DNA of 35,416 bases from an uncultured Candidatus Saccharibacteria bacterium (GTDB lineage Bacteria; Patescibacteriota; Minisyncoccia; Phycocordibacterales; SBAW01): positions 1 to 35,416 of the forward strand of contig CAYHVJ010000002.1 of assembly GCA_964360085.1 (NCBI GenBank). The letters run 5' to 3'. Shown in pieces: positions 12,705-21,620 of this stretch. Below the pieces are notes generated by a model. The model saw only the letters and a list, made by a program, of their open reading frames with translations. It ran no database searches and was not told the origin of the DNA. Positions within the stretch are counted from its first letter, which is position 1; each line of letters starts with the position of its first letter. The translations under genes were made by a program, and so were the position numbers.

Positions 12705-13391
12705 ATGGGACCTCTAAATAAATCGCTGACGGGCAAGCAGAAGCGTGTTTTGGACAATATCCAGCTGTATATCAAAGCCAAGGGCGAGCCGCCGACTCTG
12801 GACGAACTGCGGCAGAACCTCGGGTTTAAGTCGCTGCGCACGGTGGTGCAATATATCGAGACGCTGGAGCGCAAGGGCTATGTCGTGCGCCGCCGGTACT
12901 CGCACCGCAACATCGAGTTGCGCACGGTTGATGCCGAGGGCCGCACAGCGATGCTGGTGTCGGTGCCGGTTGTTGCCAATGTCGGTTGCGACGACCTCTC
13001 GGTCTTTGTGCAAGAGCAGTCGGACGAATTTTTGCAGGTGGACAAGCAGATAGTCGACGAGGTGCACGGCGAGATAGTCGCGGTGCGCGCGGTCGGCGAC
13101 AGCATGGCCGACGCGGGGGTTAAAAGCGGCGACTATATTTTGGTGCAGTTTACCGACAAGGTTAAAAGCGGCGACAGAGTGGCGGCGATTATCGGCGACA
13201 TGGTCACGGTCAAGCGCCTCGAGCGGCGCAACGGTGTTACAATTTTGTATCCGGAGAGCAAAGACCCGAAGTATAAACCGATAGTTTTGCGCGACAACTT
13301 TAAAATCGCCGGCAGAGTGCTGTGCATCATCCCCGCAGGAGTCGCCGAGATGGATGAGGTGGTGGCAGTCGAGGAAGAAGATTGGAGATGA
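12705..13391 (+). CDS. lexA: LexA repressor (S24 peptidase)
   Basis: The N-terminal winged HTH is LTGKQKRVLDNIQLYIKAKGEPPTLDELRQNLGFKSLRTVVQYIETLERKGYV. The C-terminal part has VGDSMADAG (Ser) and VKRL (Lys). Confidence 0.85.
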   Translation: MGPLNKSLTGKQKRVLDNIQLYIKAKGEPPTLDELRQNLGFKSLRTVVQYIETLERKGYVVRRRYSHRNIELRTVDAEGRTAMLVSVPVVANVGCDDLSVFVQEQSDEFLQVDKQIVDEVHGEIVAVRAVGDSMADAGVKSGDYILVQFTDKVKSGDRVAAIIGDMVTVKRLERRNGVTILYPESKDPKYKPIVLRDNFKIAGRVLCIIPAGVAEMDEVVAVEEEDWR

Positions 13392-14920
13392 CTCAAGCAC
13401 AAGCTCTACAAATACTTAAAACAGGGGCGAATGTTTTTCTCACCGGCGAGCCGGGGAGCGGCAAGACGCACACCATCAACACCTACATCAGCTGGCTGCG
13501 CGAGCGCGGGATAGAACCCGCTATTACCGCCTCGACCGGCATAGCCGCCACACACGTGGGCGGGATGACTATCCACGCGTGGAGCGGAATAGGCATCAAA
13601 AAAGAGCTCAGCGAGTGGGACTTGGAGGCACTGCTGGAGCGCGAGCCGCTGGTGCGGCGCGTGCGTTTGGCACACGTACTTATAATCGACGAAGTGTCGA
13701 TGCTCGACGCGCGCCTGCTGAGCTTGGTAGACCGCGCCGTGCGAACTCTGCGCGGCAACGAGCGGCCGTTCGGCGGCCTGCAGGTTATTTTTGTCGGCGA
13801 TTTCTTCCAACTGCCTCCCGTCTCCAAAGGCGAGCCGTCAAAATTTGCGTTCGAGTCGCCCAGCTGGGAGGAGGCAAACCCTCTGCATTGCTATTTAAAC
13901 GAACAGCACCGGCAGGAGGACGGCGTTTTTTTGGAATTGCTGGCCGGTCTGCGCGCGGGCACGCTGACCGAGAGCCATAAAAACGCGTTGCGTGCGCGCG
14001 CCGAGTATCCTGAGGACGGCGATTTGTCGACAAGGCTCTACCCGCACAATGCCGACGTCGACCGCATCAACGAGGAAGCGCTCTCAAAAATAGAAGGGGA
14101 AGCAAAGATGTTTGCAATGCGCTCCGAGGGCGGCAAGGCGCTGGTAGAAGCGCTTAAACGCGGATGCCTGTCGCCCGAGACGCTTGCACTCAAAGAGGGT
14201 GCCTCGGTGATGTTTACCCGCAACAATTTTGAGGCAGGCTACGTCAACGGCACGCTCGGGGTGGTTACCGGATTTTCTGAGAGCGGATTCCCGCTGGTGC
14301 GCACACGCGAAGGCGCGATGATAGAAGCAAGCCCCGAGGAGTGGCGCATCGACGACCGCGCGCGGACGCTGGCCAAAATAGTGCAGGTGCCGCTGCGGCT
14401 CGCGTGGGCCATTACGGTGCACAAGAGCCAAGGCATGTCGCTTGATGCAGCAGTGATGGACCTCTCGGCGGCGTTTGAGTACGGACAGGGGTATGTCGCT
14501 CTCTCTCGCGTACGGAGCTTAAGCGGGTTGTATCTCAGTGGTTTCAACGAGCGAGCGCTCGCCGTGCATCCGCAGATATTAAAAAAGGACTCGCATTTTA
14601 AAGACGCATCGGCGGCGGCCAGAAATACGTTTGTCGCGATGACATTCGACGAACTTACGGGTTTGCACAAACAATTTGTACAAAAAAGCGGCGGCAAAGA
14701 GCCCTCAAATAACAAACAAGACCAAAAATCCAAATTAGAAACGATACGCGCAAAGTTTCCGAACGCCTACAGAGCGTGGAGCAAGGAGGACGACGCGCGC
14801 CTGACGGAACTCTTCCGCAATAGCGCCAAAGTCTCTGTGTTGGTCAAGGAATTCGGCCGCCAGCGGGGCTCGATAAACTCCCGCCTTATAAGGCTGGGGC
14901 TAGTGGAGCCCGATTTATAG
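13382..14920 (+). CDS. PIF1/RecD-like SF1B DNA helicase with C-terminal HTH tail
   Basis: Walker A GEPGSGKTH, Walker B LIIDEVSMLD, FVGDFFQLPPV and ITVHKSQGMSLD. It overlaps the lexA stop by 10 nt. Confidence 0.8.
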   Translation: MEMTQAQALQILKTGANVFLTGEPGSGKTHTINTYISWLRERGIEPAITASTGIAATHVGGMTIHAWSGIGIKKELSEWDLEALLEREPLVRRVRLAHVLIIDEVSMLDARLLSLVDRAVRTLRGNERPFGGLQVIFVGDFFQLPPVSKGEPSKFAFESPSWEEANPLHCYLNEQHRQEDGVFLELLAGLRAGTLTESHKNALRARAEYPEDGDLSTRLYPHNADVDRINEEALSKIEGEAKMFAMRSEGGKALVEALKRGCLSPETLALKEGASVMFTRNNFEAGYVNGTLGVVTGFSESGFPLVRTREGAMIEASPEEWRIDDRARTLAKIVQVPLRLAWAITVHKSQGMSLDAAVMDLSAAFEYGQGYVALSRVRSLSGLYLSGFNERALAVHPQILKKDSHFKDASAAARNTFVAMTFDELTGLHKQFVQKSGGKEPSNNKQDQKSKLETIRAKFPNAYRAWSKEDDARLTELFRNSAKVSVLVKEFGRQRGSINSRLIRLGLVEPDL

Positions 14921-14996
14921 CCCGTATAGTGCTGAAAGATAACCGCACCCAGTCCGTCATAGGTAGTGTGCGGTTATTAGCTATACAAATTAACCT

Positions 14997-15518
14997 ATGA
15001 AAAATCTTATTAAAATTCTCTCTACCGGTCTTATAGCAACACTCCTTTTGCCGACTCTTGCGCTCGCGCACGAGAACAAAGGTACGGAGGTGCGTTTCGA
15101 GACCAGTATAGAAAAGAGGCTCCAAAAAATAGAGAAGGGCGAGCACAAAGAGGTTCGCACCAAGGCGAACGCCACTGTAACCGCGGAAGCCGTTACAAAA
15201 AAGGCGACCCGTATACAGACTGCTGCGGACGGCATGCTCTCGTTCAATGGTCGCATCGGCGCGCTTATTGCAAGCTCGAGTGCGGAGGGCAAGGCCGCTC
15301 TTGAGGCTCAGTTTGCAGCGTTTAAAACCGGTGCAGCAGATGCTAAAGCGCAGGCCGCTGCCGCTATAAGCGGTGCGGCGCAGGTAAATGCATCAAACAG
15401 CACTACTACCAACGCGACTCTGCTTGCCGCCGCCAAAGTAGATGTTAAAGAGGCGAACGGATTTCTGCACGATGCCAAAAAGGCTCTGATGCAGATTCTG
15501 CGGTCGCTCTGGAACTAG
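14997..15518 (+). CDS. secreted Ala/Lys-rich helical protein, unknown function
   Basis: Signal peptide ...LLLPTLALAHE. The mature part is low-complexity and helical. Confidence 0.5.
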   Translation: MKNLIKILSTGLIATLLLPTLALAHENKGTEVRFETSIEKRLQKIEKGEHKEVRTKANATVTAEAVTKKATRIQTAADGMLSFNGRIGALIASSSAEGKAALEAQFAAFKTGAADAKAQAAAAISGAAQVNASNSTTTNATLLAAAKVDVKEANGFLHDAKKALMQILRSLWN

Positions 15519-15548
15519 CGGAGGCATCCTAAACGATAGGCATATAAG

Positions 15549-15576
15549 AAACCCCGCCTTTGTGCGGGGTTTCTTT
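15549..15576 (+). terminator. rho-independent terminator
   Basis: AAACCCCGC-ctttgt-GCGGGGTTT followed by CTTT. Confidence 0.65.
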
Positions 15577-15595
15577 GTGCGTTATACTGCACGGA

Positions 15596-16288
15596 ATGGA
15601 ATTAGTGCGCGGCAACGAAGAGCTGGAAAAGCTCAATCAAGAACTCAACAACTCTGAGCGCTTGCACGCCTACAAAACTACATACGATAACTACCTCCCG
15701 GCGCTGCTGCCGCGGCTTTTAGGCGGCTTTTTGGTCGGATGCGGCAACTTTTTGTACGGTCGCGAGCCCTCGTACTTGAAGTTCCGCGCGGTCGAGGTTA
15801 TTGCGCGTGTGCCGTACCACTCCTGGTCTTCCGCAGCGTATACGCTCCTGACAATATTTTATAAAGACGAAAAGAGAGCGCTCAAGCTCGCTGAAGTGAC
15901 GCGTTTTGCCAGGCTTTCGCAGGACAACGAGACGATGCACGTAGTAGTTATTTCGCACCTCGCTGCGGCCGAGGAGAGGCCGCGTTTTTTGCTTCATACA
16001 GCGGTGCCGATGTGCTTCGCTTTCTTTTATTTCTGGTGGTCGTATGTACTATACTTGGTAAACCCGCGTTACTCTTACGAACTCAACTACCTCTTCGAGC
16101 AGCATGCGTTCGAGCAATACAGCCGTTTTTTGGATATACGCGGCGAGGAGCTAAAAAAGAAAAAAATAGAAAGCAAATTTTTAAACTGGTACGGCAGGCA
16201 TCCGGCAAATCAGTACGAATTCTTCCGGTCCGTCCGCAACGACGAACTTATCCACCGCAACAGCTCTATAAGCGAAATAAAAAAATAA
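15596..16288 (+). CDS. alternative oxidase (AOX/PTOX) family di-iron protein
   Basis: Four di-iron carboxylate motifs appear in AOX order: FRAVEVIARVPY, QDNETMHVVV (ExxH), YLFEQHAFEQY and RNDELIHRN (ExxH). Two hydrophobic helices lie between them. The start is placed after the terminator. Confidence 0.65.
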   Translation: MELVRGNEELEKLNQELNNSERLHAYKTTYDNYLPALLPRLLGGFLVGCGNFLYGREPSYLKFRAVEVIARVPYHSWSSAAYTLLTIFYKDEKRALKLAEVTRFARLSQDNETMHVVVISHLAAAEERPRFLLHTAVPMCFAFFYFWWSYVLYLVNPRYSYELNYLFEQHAFEQYSRFLDIRGEELKKKKIESKFLNWYGRHPANQYEFFRSVRNDELIHRNSSISEIKK

Positions 16289-16289
16289 T

Positions 16290-17009
16290 ATGATTATCGC
16301 GATAGCCGTAGCAACGTTTATCTCCACGCTGCTCGGCGGGCTCTTTGCATTGCGGCTGCGCGACCGCCTGCATCTCATCTTGGGTTTTAGTGCGGGCGCG
16401 GTGGTTGCAGTAGCATTTTTTGACCTGATACCGGAAGCGCTCGAGCTCGGCGCGGGCGTGTACAGCGCTTCTTTGCTGCTGTCTGTTACAGGACTCGGCT
16501 TTTTGATTTATTTAGTGCTCGACCGGCTGCTCCTTATGCACTCGCACGCGGGGGAGGCGCCGGGGGTCCACCTGCACAGGGGAGCGGCGAGCGCCGGTAC
16601 GCTTTCTTTGCACAGCTTCTTAGACGGAATGGGTATAGGGCTGGCGTTTCAAGTATCAACGGAGGTGGGTATTGTCGTAGCATCGGCGGTATTGGCGCAC
16701 GACTTTGCCGACGGCATAAACACGGTCAACTTTATTACAAAAAATAACGGCAGCCGCCGTCTGGCAGCGCGTTGGTTGTTGGTTGATGCCGCCGCTCCGG
16801 TACTCGGTATCGTCGCTACTTTATTTTTTACACTCTCGGCGCCGTATCTTGCACTGGCACTTTCGCTCTTTGCGGGGTTCTTCCTCTATATAGGCGCGTC
16901 AGACCTTATACCGGAGAGCCACCACGCGCATCCGGCGTTTTTTACCACCTTCATGACTATTCTTGGAGCAGCAGTACTCTTTTTGGTCATAAAAATCGCC
17001 GGCATATAG
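16290..17009 (+). CDS. ZIP-family divalent metal transporter
   Basis: LHSFLDGMGIGLAF and AHDFADGINTV motifs in a multi-TM protein. It starts 2 nt after the AOX stop. Confidence 0.8.
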   Translation: MIIAIAVATFISTLLGGLFALRLRDRLHLILGFSAGAVVAVAFFDLIPEALELGAGVYSASLLLSVTGLGFLIYLVLDRLLLMHSHAGEAPGVHLHRGAASAGTLSLHSFLDGMGIGLAFQVSTEVGIVVASAVLAHDFADGINTVNFITKNNGSRRLAARWLLVDAAAPVLGIVATLFFTLSAPYLALALSLFAGFFLYIGASDLIPESHHAHPAFFTTFMTILGAAVLFLVIKIAGI

Positions 17010-17050
17010 CCCCTTGCACAACTAGGGGTGCTGTTGTAGTATGGCGCTCT

Positions 17051-17917
17051 ATGAAAAAAGCCCTTATGTACGCGGTTGCCGCTATTGGTTTATTTATCCC
17101 TGTTTTTGCTTTTGCCCAGACCTCAACGACTGGCCTTTTAAACGTATACGTACAGGTTATTAATCAGTCTAATTCCTCCTACAGTCCCGGCAATTTTACC
17201 GTCGCTGTTTCCGGCCAGAGCCCGAACCCGGCAACCTTCCAGGGTTCCATACAAGGTACGCTGGTTACTATTAACCCTGGCGCGTATTCTGTTACGCTCA
17301 CCAACCTGTCTTACTTTACCGCCAACTACTCTGTCGGTTGCGACAGCACTATTGCGGCGGGCGGCACGCAGACCTGCGTCATTACGGTAAATCCCGGCGC
17401 TTACAATTACCCTTCTTCTTATTTGTATCCTTACACCTATCAGACACCGCCGCTCACTTGCCGCACCGACACTCCGGTCGTTGCTGTCGGCCAGCCGGCG
17501 CGCTTTACCGCAGCCGGCGGAGTAGGCGGCACGTACAATTGGAGGACTCCGTACAACAACTTCCCCAACAGCGGTCCGGTACTTACCACTGCTCTTGAGG
17601 GTTCCGGCGTGCAGAGCGTGACGGTTACCAATGCGTCGCAGGTTGCAACTTGCAATGTCACCGTATCGTCCAGCTATTACCCGCAGCCTGTCAGCACGGT
17701 ATATCCTACTTACCAGCAGACGTATCCTAACTACAACACCTATCCGGTGTATTCCGCGCAGCCGACCTACACCGCGTACGCCTACCCGCGCCTCCCGAAC
17801 ACCGGTCTTGAGCCTGTACAGTCCGCACAGCTTGCCTTTGCGCTCGTACTGCTCCTTGGTGCCGCAATCGCCGCGTACCCGTATGCAAGAAAATCATTTG
17901 CTATTGCAATCCGCTAA
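17051..17917 (+). CDS. LPXTG-type cell-surface protein (sortase substrate)
   Basis: Signal peptide, P/T/Y/S-rich body, and a C-terminal LPNTG followed by a hydrophobic helix and an ARKS...R tail. Confidence 0.7.
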   Translation: MKKALMYAVAAIGLFIPVFAFAQTSTTGLLNVYVQVINQSNSSYSPGNFTVAVSGQSPNPATFQGSIQGTLVTINPGAYSVTLTNLSYFTANYSVGCDSTIAAGGTQTCVITVNPGAYNYPSSYLYPYTYQTPPLTCRTDTPVVAVGQPARFTAAGGVGGTYNWRTPYNNFPNSGPVLTTALEGSGVQSVTVTNASQVATCNVTVSSSYYPQPVSTVYPTYQQTYPNYNTYPVYSAQPTYTAYAYPRLPNTGLEPVQSAQLAFALVLLLGAAIAAYPYARKSFAIAIR

Positions 17918-18545
17918 GAGCGGAGTTCTTGTCGCATCGGCGCACGCGCGCCGCGCACACAACATCAGACTCGCCGCTACTGCGGTGGGTATATTATGCG
18001 TACTCGTTGGCGCCGCAGACCTGACATCGCGTTTGGTTAAAAACCTTGGGCAAGACGCGCCGTTTTTGGCGTTTGCACCTGCTGTCGCCATTAATAACAA
18101 TATTTTTATTGTTCCGGCGCGCTTAAAAATCCCTTCGCTTGGAGTAAACGCAAAAGTAGAGTCTGTCACCGTTAAAGCGGACGGCACCATGGCCACCCCG
18201 AGCAATTTCGACAACGTCGCGTGGTACTCGCCCGGCGCCAAACCAGGGCGTCAGGGGAGCGCGGTGTTTGCCGGACATGTCAACAACGCCCTGCTCAAAT
18301 CAGGCGTCTTCGAACACCTCTCGCAGATTAAAAAAGGCGATTACGTCACGGTAGAAGACAGCGCCGGCAAAGTGCTCGTGTATCGCGTATCAACGGTGGA
18401 AGAGTACGAACCAAACGCCTCAACCGACGCCTTGTTTGCAACGACAGGGCCCTCGCGGCTGGTACTTATCACCTGCGACGGCGACTGGGTGCAAGCGGAG
18501 CGCAGCTACGACAAGCGCTTGGTGGTTATTGCAGAGCCCGCCTGA
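17883..18545 (+). CDS. sortase-family transpeptidase
   Basis: N-terminal TM. AVFAGHVNN (His), LVLITCDG (Cys) and KRLVV (Arg). Start taken at ATG 17883. It overlaps the substrate gene by 35 nt. Confidence 0.8.
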   Translation: MQENHLLLQSAKSGVLVASAHARRAHNIRLAATAVGILCVLVGAADLTSRLVKNLGQDAPFLAFAPAVAINNNIFIVPARLKIPSLGVNAKVESVTVKADGTMATPSNFDNVAWYSPGAKPGRQGSAVFAGHVNNALLKSGVFEHLSQIKKGDYVTVEDSAGKVLVYRVSTVEEYEPNASTDALFATTGPSRLVLITCDGDWVQAERSYDKRLVVIAEPA

Positions 18546-18653
18546 CTTGTGCTATATTTTTTACTGTTCGAGTAAGTCTCCGTAGCCCATGTTTATGGCG
18601 CCAGGAGGGTCGCCTTACGATAGAACAGTAAAAACTATTTGTTTCTCGTAATC

Positions 18654-18905
18654 ATGGCACGCAAACTCTTTGTCGGCGGTCTTCCGTACCGCACGACAGG
18701 TGATGAACTCCGTGATGCCTTCGCCAAAGCGGGCGAAGTCACCACGGCGAGCGTCGTGACTGATCGCGAGACCGGCCGCTCCCGGGGCTTCGGCTTTGTG
18801 GAGATGGCGGATGATGCGGGTGCCGACGGCGCGATTGCCATGTGGAATGGCAAGGACTTCGGCGGACGCATGCTCACGGTCTCCGACGCCCGCCCGAAAG
18901 CATAA
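18654..18905 (+). CDS. RRM-type RNA-binding protein
   Basis: RNP2 KLFVGGL and RNP1 RGFGFVEM. 83 aa. Confidence 0.85.
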   Translation: MARKLFVGGLPYRTTGDELRDAFAKAGEVTTASVVTDRETGRSRGFGFVEMADDAGADGAIAMWNGKDFGGRMLTVSDARPKA

Positions 18906-18928
18906 AGCTTGAGGTCGGCAGTCCAAAA

Positions 18929-18958
18929 ATCCTCCCCACCTTGGTCGGGAGGATTTTT
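18929..18958 (+). terminator. rho-independent terminator
   Basis: ATCCTCCC-caccttggtc-GGGAGGAT followed by TTTT. Confidence 0.7.
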
Positions 18959-18987
18959 GTTTGTGTGGATAACAAAGTTGAATATAA

Positions 18988-19011
18988 AAGACTACGATAT
19001 ATCGTAGTCTT
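18988..19011. promoter_or_regulatory. 24-bp perfect palindrome AAGACTACGATATATCGTAGTCTT abutting ATG 19012
   Basis: Identical to 19430-19453. It contains -10-like TATATC/TAGTCT. Confidence 0.6.
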
Positions 19012-19428
19012 ATGCCGCATGTATCAAGACACACGCCGGTGCGAAAAGTATCGGATAAGATTTTTGAGTTGCTTGTAGAGTGCGTTACAACCAAAGGCTC
19101 GACAAACGAGCGCCAAACATTTTTTGTCGACCTGCTCACACCCACCGAGCGTATTATGTTTTCAAAAAGATTCGCGATTATTTATATGTTAGCCAAAGGG
19201 TATTCATTTGACACCATACAAGACACTTTGCGAGTGAGCCCATCTACTATTGCGCGGATTTGGGTAGCGATACAAAAAGGGAAGTATACCGACATTGTCG
19301 GACGCGTGCAAAAACACAGCAAAAACAAGGAAGACCTTAATTTGTTTCAATGGTTGAGCGACATTGTTCCTCCAATGAATATGTCAAAGAAACAATACGC
19401 CGCACGCATGCGCCGCCTCGGATTATAA
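19012..19428 (+). CDS. TrpR-like (YerC/YecD family) DNA-binding protein
   Basis: LLTPTERIMFSKRFAIIYMLAKGYSFDTIQDTLRVSPSTIARI matches the YerC/YecD Trp-repressor-like pattern. Confidence 0.65.
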   Translation: MPHVSRHTPVRKVSDKIFELLVECVTTKGSTNERQTFFVDLLTPTERIMFSKRFAIIYMLAKGYSFDTIQDTLRVSPSTIARIWVAIQKGKYTDIVGRVQKHSKNKEDLNLFQWLSDIVPPMNMSKKQYAARMRRLGL

Positions 19429-19429
19429 A

Positions 19430-19453
19430 AAGACTACGATATATCGTAGTCTT
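19430..19453. repeat. second copy of the 24-bp palindrome, 2 nt after the stop codon (terminator-like)
   Basis: Identical to 18988-19011 and flanked by an A-run and a T-run. Confidence 0.6.
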
Positions 19454-19517
19454 TTGAGTACGGTGTATTAGATAAAATAAAAAAGGCGGACTTTCGTCCG
19501 CCAGTTATCAACGTCTA

Positions 19518-19703
19518 TCATTTTGCAAAACAACGAGCCCATATTATGAGGCTTCTATTTCTATAAGACTCATCTTTCTTTATTTGCTCAGCTGCTGTTT
19601 TGCATGCTTGCTCTGAGTAGAACTCTGCCTGTGAAGTCATTTTTGGAGTGACAGATCCAAAGCCATTCTGTTGCAAGAGAATATAGATGAGAACCCACTT
19701 CAT
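19518..19703 (-). CDS. small hypothetical protein (61 aa), low GC
   Basis: Internal start MKWVL... with a GAGGAGG Shine-Dalgarno 8 nt upstream. The GGCGGAC-tttc-GTCCGCC hairpin at 19485-19502 plus a T-run on the minus strand terminates it. Confidence 0.45.
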   Translation of the reverse strand: MKWVLIYILLQQNGFGSVTPKMTSQAEFYSEQACKTAAEQIKKDESYRNRSLIIWARCFAK

Positions 19704-19766
19704 AGCCAAGCCCTCCTCGGTGCCTTGTTGCAACTGGAGAAATCCTAACACCAATATATTTATATG

Positions 19767-21617
19767 TCAAACCCCAAGAACGACCGGGATTACTATCGGC
19801 CTTTTGTTGGTCTTTTCGAAGAGGAAGCGGGAGATGGCGTCGGTGACGTCGTTTTTTATCATGTCGAAGTTGATCGGATTTTGTTTCTTTGCTTCGTCCT
19901 CGATTGTTTTTTTGACTATGATGCGCGCCTGCTGGAGGAGCTCCTGGCTCTCGCGCAGATACACGAAGCCGCGGCTGATTATGTCCGGCGACTTGCGCAG
20001 GCGGCCGGTCTTGGGGTTTACCGTCGCAATGATGACGAACATGCCTTCCTGCGAGAGCACGGTGCGGTCGCGGATGACCACCTCCTGCAGGTCGCCGATG
20101 GAGAACCCGTCCACCAGCCGGAGGCTGTTGGGCGCCGACTCTTTGAGACGCACTATTTTTGTGCCCTCGTCCTGAATTTCGATGACCGTGCCGTTGTCGG
20201 GAATAACTATCTCATCCTCCGCGCGGCCGCAGGCCTTGGCGATGTCGGCGTGCACACGGAGCATGTAGTGGTAGCCGTGCATCGGCATAAAGTAGCGCGG
20301 GTTTATCTTTTGGTGGATCCAGAATGTTTCGTCGCGGTTGGCGTGGCCGGAGGCGTGCACATCCATGGTGTCGCGGTGGATGATGCGCGCGCCCTGCCGG
20401 CTGAGGTTGTCTTTGAGTTTCTGCACGCTCCGCTCGTTGCCCGGCACCACCGAAGAGGAGAGCACGACGGTGTCGCCCTTTTTGATTTTGACGTATTTAT
20501 GCGTCTTCATCGCGACGCGCATGAGCGCCGCAAACTCGTCGCCCTGCGCGCCGGTTGCCAGTATGACCACCTTGCTGTCGGGCAAGTGCTCGAGCTGTGC
20601 CGCGTCGATAAAGGTCTTGTCAGAAACCTTGAGCATCCCGAGCTGTTTTACTATCTCGATGTTTACCTTCATGCTGCGGCCCTCTATCAGGATCTTTCGG
20701 CCGACGCGCTCCGCCTGCTCTATCATGCGCATCAGGCGCTCGAGCTGGGAGGAGAAGGTGCCTATAATGAGGCGCCCGGGAGTTTTGGCGATAATTTCGT
20801 CCAGATTCTTTTTTACCACGCGCTCCGGCAGTGAGAAGCCGGGCCTCTCCACGTTGGTCGAGTCGGCGCCGAGGAAGAGCACTTTGCGCTCCGCAAACCA
20901 GGAAAATTCTTTTTCTTCCGTCTCGGTCGGTATGCCGTCGACATGGTCGAGGCGCAGGTCGCCGGTAAAGACGATGTCGCCGTACTGCGTCTCTATGACT
21001 ATGCCCATGGAGTCGGGGATGGTGTGGTAGACGGAAAAGAAGCGTACGCGCAAGTTGCCCACCTTGACAGTGTCTTCTTTTTCCACCTCGTGGATATCCA
21101 AGGGCTTAAGGTTGGGGAACTCCTCCTGCCGCTTTTTGATCATGACTGCGGTGAGTCCGCGCGTGTAGATGGGCGGATAGCCGATGCGGTCGATGATATA
21201 GGGGATGCCGCCGATGTGGTCGAGGTGTCCGTGCGTGATAAATAAGCCGCGGATTTTTTCCCGGCGCTCCTCGAGGTACTTGGTGTTGGGGATAATGTAG
21301 TCGATGCCCGGCGTGTCGTCTTCGCGGAACTGGAACCCGGCGTCGACGATAACGATGTCGTCGCCTACCTCCACCATGGTCATGTTTTTGCCGATTTCCT
21401 CCACGCCGCCCAGAGGGATGATGCGGATGTTTCCGGCTGCAAGCGGCGGTATAGGCCGCTCGTCGCCGTTGAGCATCGGCGTGTGCTCCGGTATCTCGCG
21501 CACCGGGTGCGCCTGATGCGGGCGCGGGCCCCCTTGGCGCAGGCGTCCTCTCCCGCGCGAGCCTTGTTTGACTCCGCGTTTTTCAAAACGTCTAAATGGT
21601 TTTTTTTGTTCGGGCAT
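19767..21617 (-). CDS. rnj: ribonuclease J (metallo-beta-lactamase / beta-CASP) with about 60-aa Arg/Gly-rich N-terminal extension
   Basis: IIPLGGVEEIGKNM, HGHLDHIGG and ASGHA motifs. 616 aa. Confidence 0.9.
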   Translation of the reverse strand: MPEQKKPFRRFEKRGVKQGSRGRGRLRQGGPRPHQAHPVREIPEHTPMLNGDERPIPPLAAGNIRIIPLGGVEEIGKNMTMVEVGDDIVIVDAGFQFREDDTPGIDYIIPNTKYLEERREKIRGLFITHGHLDHIGGIPYIIDRIGYPPIYTRGLTAVMIKKRQEEFPNLKPLDIHEVEKEDTVKVGNLRVRFFSVYHTIPDSMGIVIETQYGDIVFTGDLRLDHVDGIPTETEEKEFSWFAERKVLFLGADSTNVERPGFSLPERVVKKNLDEIIAKTPGRLIIGTFSSQLERLMRMIEQAERVGRKILIEGRSMKVNIEIVKQLGMLKVSDKTFIDAAQLEHLPDSKVVILATGAQGDEFAALMRVAMKTHKYVKIKKGDTVVLSSSVVPGNERSVQKLKDNLSRQGARIIHRDTMDVHASGHANRDETFWIHQKINPRYFMPMHGYHYMLRVHADIAKACGRAEDEIVIPDNGTVIEIQDEGTKIVRLKESAPNSLRLVDGFSIGDLQEVVIRDRTVLSQEGMFVIIATVNPKTGRLRKSPDIISRGFVYLRESQELLQQARIIVKKTIEDEAKKQNPINFDMIKNDVTDAISRFLFEKTNKRPIVIPVVLGV

Positions 21618-21620
21618 TTT

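Noticed and set aside
12714-13400. 228-aa minus-strand ORF opposite lexA, and similar antisense ORFs at 13406-14733, 24194-25504, 28581-29487 and 31169-31844
   Set aside because: Each overlaps a confidently identified gene on the other strand (lexA, the helicase, groEL, the O-antigen-ligase-like gene, murJ). Each has the composition of a GC-rich shadow frame.
17631-17882. Long N-terminal extension of the sortase ORF
   Set aside because: It overlaps the LPXTG-protein gene in another frame and encodes Pro/Arg/Ser-rich low-complexity sequence. ATG 17883 gives a normal TM-anchored sortase.
19764-20834. 356-aa + strand ORF, plus 20338-21030 and others, lying opposite RNase J
   Set aside because: It lies antisense to a gene with unambiguous RNase J motifs. 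Its sequence is low-complexity and rich in R/A/V/G, as expected of shadow ORFs in GC-rich DNA. No start-site signals were seen.
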